Part shown: one piece after another, positions 56,971 to 64,000 of the stretch
How positions within the stretch are numbered: position 1 is the first letter of the stretch
Layout of the letters: every line of letters begins with the position of its first letter
Source of the DNA: Botryllus schlosseri
Taxonomy: Eukaryota
Direction: 5' to 3'
Assembly (NCBI GenBank): GCA_051294905.1
Contig: CM119372.1
Location: 14,262,001-14,326,000, forward strand
DNA length: 64,000 bases
Notes under the pieces: generated by a model
The model's input: the letters and a program-made list of their open reading frames with translations, nothing else
Databases searched by the model: none
What the model was told of the DNA's origin: nothing
Translations under genes and position numbers: made by a program

Positions 56971-59900
56971 ATGGATGGAGCTATAAGGTTGCCGTCAATG
57001 CTGTATTCTTCCTCAGACTATGAGTCGGAGTCGGAGGTGCGTAAGTTATTATTTATCGATATGCAGTGATATGCACTATCGTTAAGTTAGATGTGGATGA
57101 GAGATTTTGCAACTGTCTCAATTCTCACGTCGATTATTCAAAATTTTTGGTGTGAACATATACGAAACGACCAGTGGCGGTCTCTTAATCTAGCATCCAC
57201 TGCGGCCTAGTGCCCGAGGTCGCAGTTTTTCGATGAAAATCTGTATAATAGTGTATTTGGTGGTCCTTTTGTAGACACTATCTCTTGCTCTCTTCATGCC
57301 CAATATATTGTATTGTATATTTAAAAGATATGCCCGTCCTAAAATTAAAATCTGTGGAAGTGTTGATCAGTAAGAGAAAATCAAGTACGATAATCAATTT
57401 GTCTATTATATATCAACTGCGAATATCTTTTTTTCAAATTTGAATGAGTGGTTTTCTCAGCCAAGTACTATCACAAATAATGGTGGAATCAATGCAAAGA
57501 ATAATTGCTATCCCTCAATTATATTTTATTGAAAAACTGCACTGAGCAATGAGCATTCAAGAAATATTTTATCGACATCAACTGGAAGCACAATTCTTTT
57601 GCGCTCACTGCGTGAGTTGTGCAAGCGGTTCCAGTGTCAAAAGTCTTGATGAAACTCATCAATCAAATACGCATATTGATAGAATGTTAGAAAATTTATA
57701 TGCCAAAAGTTTCAATCAACTTTCAACATTTTTCAGGAAGAGGAACCACAACTCAAGTATGAACGAGTTAACAATGATATATTGAAAATACTAGAAAAAG
57801 ATGCTGCTGCTTGCGTTGCAATGCACATAAAAGTGGGTGTTTACTGTCTTGTTCTCTTTCACTCTCTCTGAGAACATATTCACTGATATCGCTATAACTA
57901 TTTTTCAGTTTGTTGCTCTCGGAACTCATTGGGGAAAAGTGTACATTCTTGATCATAGCGGCAATCTCAGTAAGGAGTTCTCAGCGGTGAGACTTTTGTT
58001 GTTGTGTTAGATTCAATGATCACTGTAATCTGATTTGAAATATTTGAATTCTTAACTATTTTGTGTGCTATTAGATACCGTAGGTGGATAAACCTAAAAA
58101 ATTACTCATCTACAATTGTACTTTGGGAGATCGTATTTATTCAGGTACAAGAAGATTAATTTGATCAATCATCTTATGCCACCATGACATTTTTTTGTTG
58201 GTGTCGTTTAGACAGGCTAATCATATAGTTATATATAATGTTCGGTGGTCTAGTGATTTCTTTAAACGCTCATTCAGAATGCTCGACCTATATAGGGTTG
58301 CATATTTGTAGACTGGACTGCTCATTTACATGTTAACTATTACAGCACAATACTCAAATTACTGCGCTATCTCTGGACGAAGACGGGGAATATATCGCTA
58401 GTTGTTCAGATGACGGCCACGTTGTCGTCAATGGTCTATATTCCGGTAATTATAACATGTCGACCAATGTGGATAAGCCTGTAAAAGTGAGTTATGCATT
58501 ATAATTAGACGATTATAATGATTATAATTCCATCGAAACCGCTTTATTATTGAAGATTAATTGTTGCTGCATCACAAACACATTTTGATTCCAGAACTAA
58601 TGATGAACAGATTAGATCATAATAATCATGCCTGCAAAAATTTAAAAAAAGCTGTAGTGTGCAAGAATCAATTGACAATTGCAGCTCATTACTGGGATAA
58701 CATCTGATATAATCTCGGTGGCATGATCATGGAACATACCTCTGCGTAATATTCGAAACTGATGTGTGCAAGCCTTGCGAAGTGGATATTTTTGACAAAC
58801 GAAATATGCTACAGCACTTTGCTGGGTTTGTTGCTCAGCCGGCAATGCTTGCACAGGTACTGGCGGTACATCTCCATCTTTAAGACAAGATTCGCCCATG
58901 GGAATCCCCTCGTTCCTTAGTAGCTAGCTTCATTGAACAAGAAAGAGAGACCATGTTTAATCCATGAAAAGAGAAGTTTCCCTACTTGCACTCCAATTTT
59001 TTTTATAGCAAATCTCTTTGTGAAAGTACTTTCCCAACTACCAAGTATAACGTTTTGAAAAGATGGAAATTGATTCCGCGAGTACTTGAATGTACAAAAA
59101 AGAAAAACTAGAGTTGATGAAATTTTTATTTACAGGTTCACAATTGTTCATGCAACCCTCAAGTTGATACCATTCTTGATGGAGTTAAACGGCCTATTAT
59201 GCATATCCAGAGGTGGTCAGTAAACGAAGTACTTCTACTTTTTCGAAGTACTCAAGTAGTTTCCCTCTACTTCTGGTACTTACTCAAGTAGATCTGTCTT
59301 TCTCTACTTCTACTTCATAATATTTTGTGATCTACTTACTTACTTTTCGCTATTTTCAGTTTGTCAAGTAGAAGTAGTCTAATCCTCCAGTCAGGAAGAT
59401 AGCCTGAGGAATTTCGGGGCTGTTTTCACGGACTATCAACATATAATTTTCATAAAAGTCGAGTAAATCCCAGAATTTCCGTCCCGCTTCGCGCACAGTG
59501 GATATGGAGTAACCAGTATGATTTCACTACAGTATCGGTGAATATAATTTATGTAGCGGGTTGCGTAGTACCATTCTACTCTACTCCTGGTACTTACTCA
59601 AGAAGATCTGATTTTCGCTACTTCTACTTCGTAATATTTGGTGATTTACACATTAAACATTAAATTTTCATAAAAGTTGGGTAAAGCGAAAAATTTTCGT
59701 CGCGCGTAGTGGATACGGAGTGACCAGTATGATTTCACTACAGTATCGGTGAATATAATTTATGTAGCGGGTTGCGTGGTACCATTCACATCGCATTGTC
59801 GCCCTTCGCGCATATGAAATATCTCACCACAGTATATATGGCTCATCATAACGTTTGAAACTGATGTCGCAATCTACCATTTACTTGTCATATCGTAATC

Positions 59901-62900
59901 TAGCAGTCCATGGCGTGTCTTAATCTGGAAAAGTGGACTCTGTGATTTTTTTTAGTTTTAGAGCTGTTTTCGCATACCACTTTTAAAACTTTCTGGACTA
60001 AAGACATGAAATACATTTTCCTCTTTTAGGAGTATTATTTATATTTTACGTTCAATTCCCAATATCATATACTTTGAGTACTAATTAATATCAGTTCTTT
60101 TGTCTGGATAACATAAATGTTGAAGTATAAAAGCAAGTGTAGATACACAATATGGTATTTTTTCGACCAACCATATTTTTTTTATCAACGTTTACTAATC
60201 GCGCAAAGTGTTTACACCGTATCCTATACAACTTCTCCGTATTGCTCTTCCGCTAAACTACTATAATTTGGGGGAGGGTGCCATACCATGATATTTTCTA
60301 AAACGTACTGTTTGAGTAAACAGAGGATTTGGATCGCATTTTCATATGAATACTAAATCATTTTTATCTCATGATGCGAACTAATGCTTATACTGTCGAA
60401 AATTTGATACCTCCTGGTAGACTACACATCGATATGAATCAAGCTCGGCACCTTTCGCATAGCTCAATTTGCACTTTTTGACAATCGGTGCGAACGAATT
60501 ACGACTGTTTTCACAACTAACAATTCTACTTCTACTTCAAGTAGTTTTAGGTTGCTTACGGAAGAAGTACTTCTACTCGTACTTAAGTAGATTTTTTCGT
60601 CGCTACTTCTGCTTCTACTTAAGTAGCTTTCTTGACTACTTTGACCACCTCTGATCATGTCTCACTTGCTAAGGGCGCGTATTTTGTGTAATGAACTTCT
60701 TCTTTTATTCGGATTTTTGCATGGATACCCGACAATGCAGCCCTGATCCTGCTTGTACGTTTTGATGTGATGTCTAGTTTTGGAAAAATATGCCGGAAAA
60801 ACCAGTAGCAATTGACCGTCTGTTTTTCATTGAGATATTTTCATTTAGGCTGTTGCGCTGGACCCGAGTTTTGCAAAAGGCAGTACGAAGCAGTTTGTGT
60901 TTGGCATTGACGGACTCGTCTTGTACGAAAAAGGCTGGCTCGGAAGGTCCAAGACCACCGTGTTACATACCGGTGAAGGTATGGTACGGAATATCAAATG
61001 GAGGGGAAATCTGGTGGCATGGGCGAATGACTGGGTGAGAAAATTTCTATTTCGCACCGTTTCGTTATGAAAGGATATTGCTAATTTGTATGTGATGTAT
61101 TCAGGGAGTGAAGATGTACGATATGAAGCAGCGACGAAGAATCACACATATACCCCGCACTGGATCTAAGGATTTGCGTCCTGAGCTATATCCGTCCCAT
61201 ATCGCCTGGAAAGACGATGTGACCTTGCTCATAGGATGGGCGAATGAGATTAAGGTTAGTATAATGCGCGTGTGCGGTGCATGTAAATTTAACATATTTA
61301 TGTACTGATTATCTCCCTTGTAACAGTTGGTACAATATTGTCGGAATCGTCACAATGTAGTATAAAAATAAATGGACCAGTAAAGTGTATTTAAGTGGTA
61401 GATTCAAGAAATTCTCTTCTAGCGTGTAATCCTGTTCCTTCTTTGACCGAAGCCATATGGTGTGGGTTGCTGTTGACATGGATCAATGACCAAGGATGTT
61501 CTATTCCTGAGTAGCCTGACCGTGAAATTTGGGCAATCACGACCATTTTAGGAAACTGTTGTCTAAAAAAGGGTAATCATTTTCGCCCAGTCCTATTCAC
61601 GAACATCTCATTGCCTTCAGGTCTAGTTGGTATAGTAAACTATTGTGACGTTATGATTACTGAAAATAAGACGTACCGTAATAAGGACACAAGTTAAAAT
61701 TGACAATTTTTTTTCATAAATGCAGTTTTATAATACATCGCCCTTCAAAATGAGAACGGTATCGCAATCCTCTGTATATTCAGGACAGTCTCACGTAGGG
61801 TATAGAACTTAAAGTCATGATCTGTCTTCGGCCAAAGCCGCATCCACCATCTCCAATTATATTACCTTGTCCGTGCGTGTAGCTCTGAAGGCTCTGTTCA
61901 GTCTTTATAGTTCAAGGCATATTTTAGTAAGTTTCAAACCATCTCGCAGGTGTGCATGGTCAAGGAAAGAAGGACCAGAGACGTGACACGTGAACCCGAC
62001 AAATACGTTGAGATTGGTAAGCATTTGTTTGGCACAGCAGGCAGAGGTGGTCAGTTAAGACGTGCTTTTACTTTTTTGAAGTACCTGTACTCGAGTAAGA
62101 TTTGCCCTGCACTACTTATGAGTTTCGACTGCCTTTACTTTTACTCACATTGCATTGATAATAAGGCCTGATTTTTCGTCACAGTTTATCGCATACCAGT
62201 CGACTACGCATGTTGCGGGATCGCACCATTTGGCAGCAAAATTGTGATACTGGGCTACGATTTTAGTAACGACTCCAATAGTGACGGTATGTGATACATT
62301 AAGGAATCTGCGCTCTTATTGCATTGGCCTTGGTTTCTTCCGTGTTAAGGTAAAGGCAGCGGCAGAAATTCGGAGAGGCCGCAATTGCTAATTCTGGAAC
62401 CTGACAATGACAGTTATGATGAGCTTTCGTGCGACGCGCTGTCAGTCAGAGGGTATCAGACTTACAAGTGTAACAACTACGGCTTAGGTAGGAAATTTGA
62501 TACTTTTGCTGTGTGCAAAACAAGCAACTGTATCTTACGGCGTGATATGACGCACCGTGATAATCGGTGTTTTCTTCTAGCTCCGAGTTAATGGCGGAGC
62601 TCTTTCGATGAATTGCATATTTTATCTATCAGTCTTACCGCATCTTCTACTAGCTGCATTAGCTACCTGATTTATATCCGACTGCATTCGGCATGAAATC
62701 TTTCGCTTAATTCACTTCAAGATTTAATATCTAGCACATTTTTAATCATACATGAAATGGTGTCAGTAAACGTAAGAAAGTTCACTGTATTTTAGTGGTT
62801 CTTACCTTAACTAATCTGGCGAACAGTTGCGCTAATTTGCAAGCCTTCGGCCAACCCCGATTTTTCATCTAGTCACATTACTAAAGAATACTGGTGCACA

Positions 62901-63561
62901 TGATAAACTGTGCATCAACAACTGTGTTAAAAAACCAAACCATCGGAACATGATTTTCCCACAGAACAAAAACATGGTACCGGTAATGATTATGTAGGCA
63001 TACTTAAATCAGTGTGAATTTTGTTGCGTGGGTCGGGTGCGTGTCTTAACCTCCAGCAAACCTCCGAGACTGGCTGAGCACAACTATGGGGTTTGTGTGA
63101 ACCCCGGCAAAGAACCACCGTTTTGTTTGCACTGGGGTGTTGCTTTCAAATGGAATAGCTACTTTTGACTTGCTCTGCCACAACCTATTTTGATAATTTA
63201 CCCTACGGATTTGTCCCAGCCTACGAACCGGAAGAAGGCACCATCTATATCGTGTCTCCGAAGGACATAGTAGTCGCGCGCACCCGTGATAAAGACGACC
63301 ACGTCGATTGGCTGATATCTTGCAAGAAGTACGAAGAGGCCTTGCAGGAGGTCAAGAAACATGGGAAGCACATATTCAGGAATAGCGCATCGGTATTTCG
63401 CTGTGTTCCGCATTACCCTTGTGTCTGTGTAACGCTCGTCTACATTGTAGGGAATCGGAATTATGTACGTCGAGCATTTGATCGAGAGGAGGGAATTTGT
63501 GTTGGCTGCGAGTAAGAGCAAAGAGGTTCTCGGAAATGACGTCGAGATCTGGGAGGCAGTG
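56971..63561 (+). CDS. VPS41: Vacuolar protein sorting-associated protein 41 (HOPS subunit), first 11 exons; gene continues beyond the window
   Basis: Exons 56971-57036, 57737-57832, 57909-57986, 58346-58486, 60849-61034, 61105-61254, 61950-62016, 62185-62286, 62350-62487, 63220-63392, 63451-63561. Motifs EEEPQLKYER, ALGTHWGKVYILD, ASCSDDG, WRGNLVAWAND, YIVSPKDIVVAR, DDHVDWL..KKYEEAL. Confidence 0.96.
59208..60653. mobile_element. 1.45-kb non-autonomous DNA transposon with agta/tact-rich subterminal repeats, in VPS41 intron 4
   Basis: TIRs cagaggtggtca...tgaccacctctg, a degenerate TSD and an internal duplication at ~59290-59780. Short relatives at 30571-30821, ~7141-7350, ~12930-13470 and ~62042. 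Confidence 0.8.
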
Positions 63562-64000
63562 GTAGGTGACGCGCGTATTGTTATCGTCAGGCATCCAGAG
63601 TTAATCAGTAACGAAGTACTTCGAGTAGGATTTTAGACTACCACTACTAACAAATTTTCAGTTTTTTAGGCAAAACTAGGCCTAGAATCAGACTTGGACA
63701 TCGACAAAATTTTCAGCTTTTCTAAATTAGATTCGGATTAGAGTTGCAGCTATACGTTACTTTACGAATTAGATTAGAATTAGAATTACTGAAATCGCGA
63801 AAACTTGAGAATTGTATTAGGTTCAGTTCATATCTAATCACAGATGTCTGTAAAGAAAGCTTGGCTCGTTTTTCACGATTCAGTTGTCCTGCCACATTTT
63901 TAGGAAAACCAGAAATTCAATTAGAATTAAAGCAATAGCGTAGAAGCATTACGAAAATTAGTTTACAATTAGAGTAAAGAAACAGTTAGCAAATAACAAT

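Overview
Intron-rich, transposon-laden genomic DNA of an invertebrate animal. Short 55-85 nt introns, a MITE/LINE-rich background and chordate-like genes fit a tunicate, but the sequence alone does not prove this. Four genes can be built by hand. (1) On the minus strand from 33569 to at least 2039, what the ORF track shows as scattered carboxylesterase fragments assembles into one continuous reading frame of 34 frame-consistent exons (~2,230 aa). It has a single N-terminal signal peptide followed by FOUR complete type-B carboxylesterase/cholinesterase-like domains joined by phase-0 introns. The inner domains 2 and 3 keep full catalytic triads (Ser-Glu-His and Ser-Asp-His). The outer domains look like pseudo-enzymes with complementary lesions: domain 1 keeps Ser but lacks the acid, His and oxyanion glycines, while domain 4 keeps Glu and His but has GHGSG instead of GxSxG. 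The domain 2-3 junction is the least secure. (2) A two-exon intracellular inhibitory-type serpin (minus, 44217-38812), plus an inverted, frameshifted orphan copy of its reactive-loop exon at ~52.96-53.34 kb. (3) RRP8 (minus, 5 exons). (4) VPS41 (plus, first 11 exons, runs off the window), head-to-head with RRP8. Introns and intergenic DNA hold nested hAT-type MITEs with visible TSDs, P-element-like hairpins with 7-bp TSDs, a foldback element made of telomere-like repeats, a CACTA-like element next to the RRP8 start codon, a TA-flanked Tc1/mariner-type element, tRNA-derived SINEs and many 3' ends of one (GAT)n-tailed LINE.
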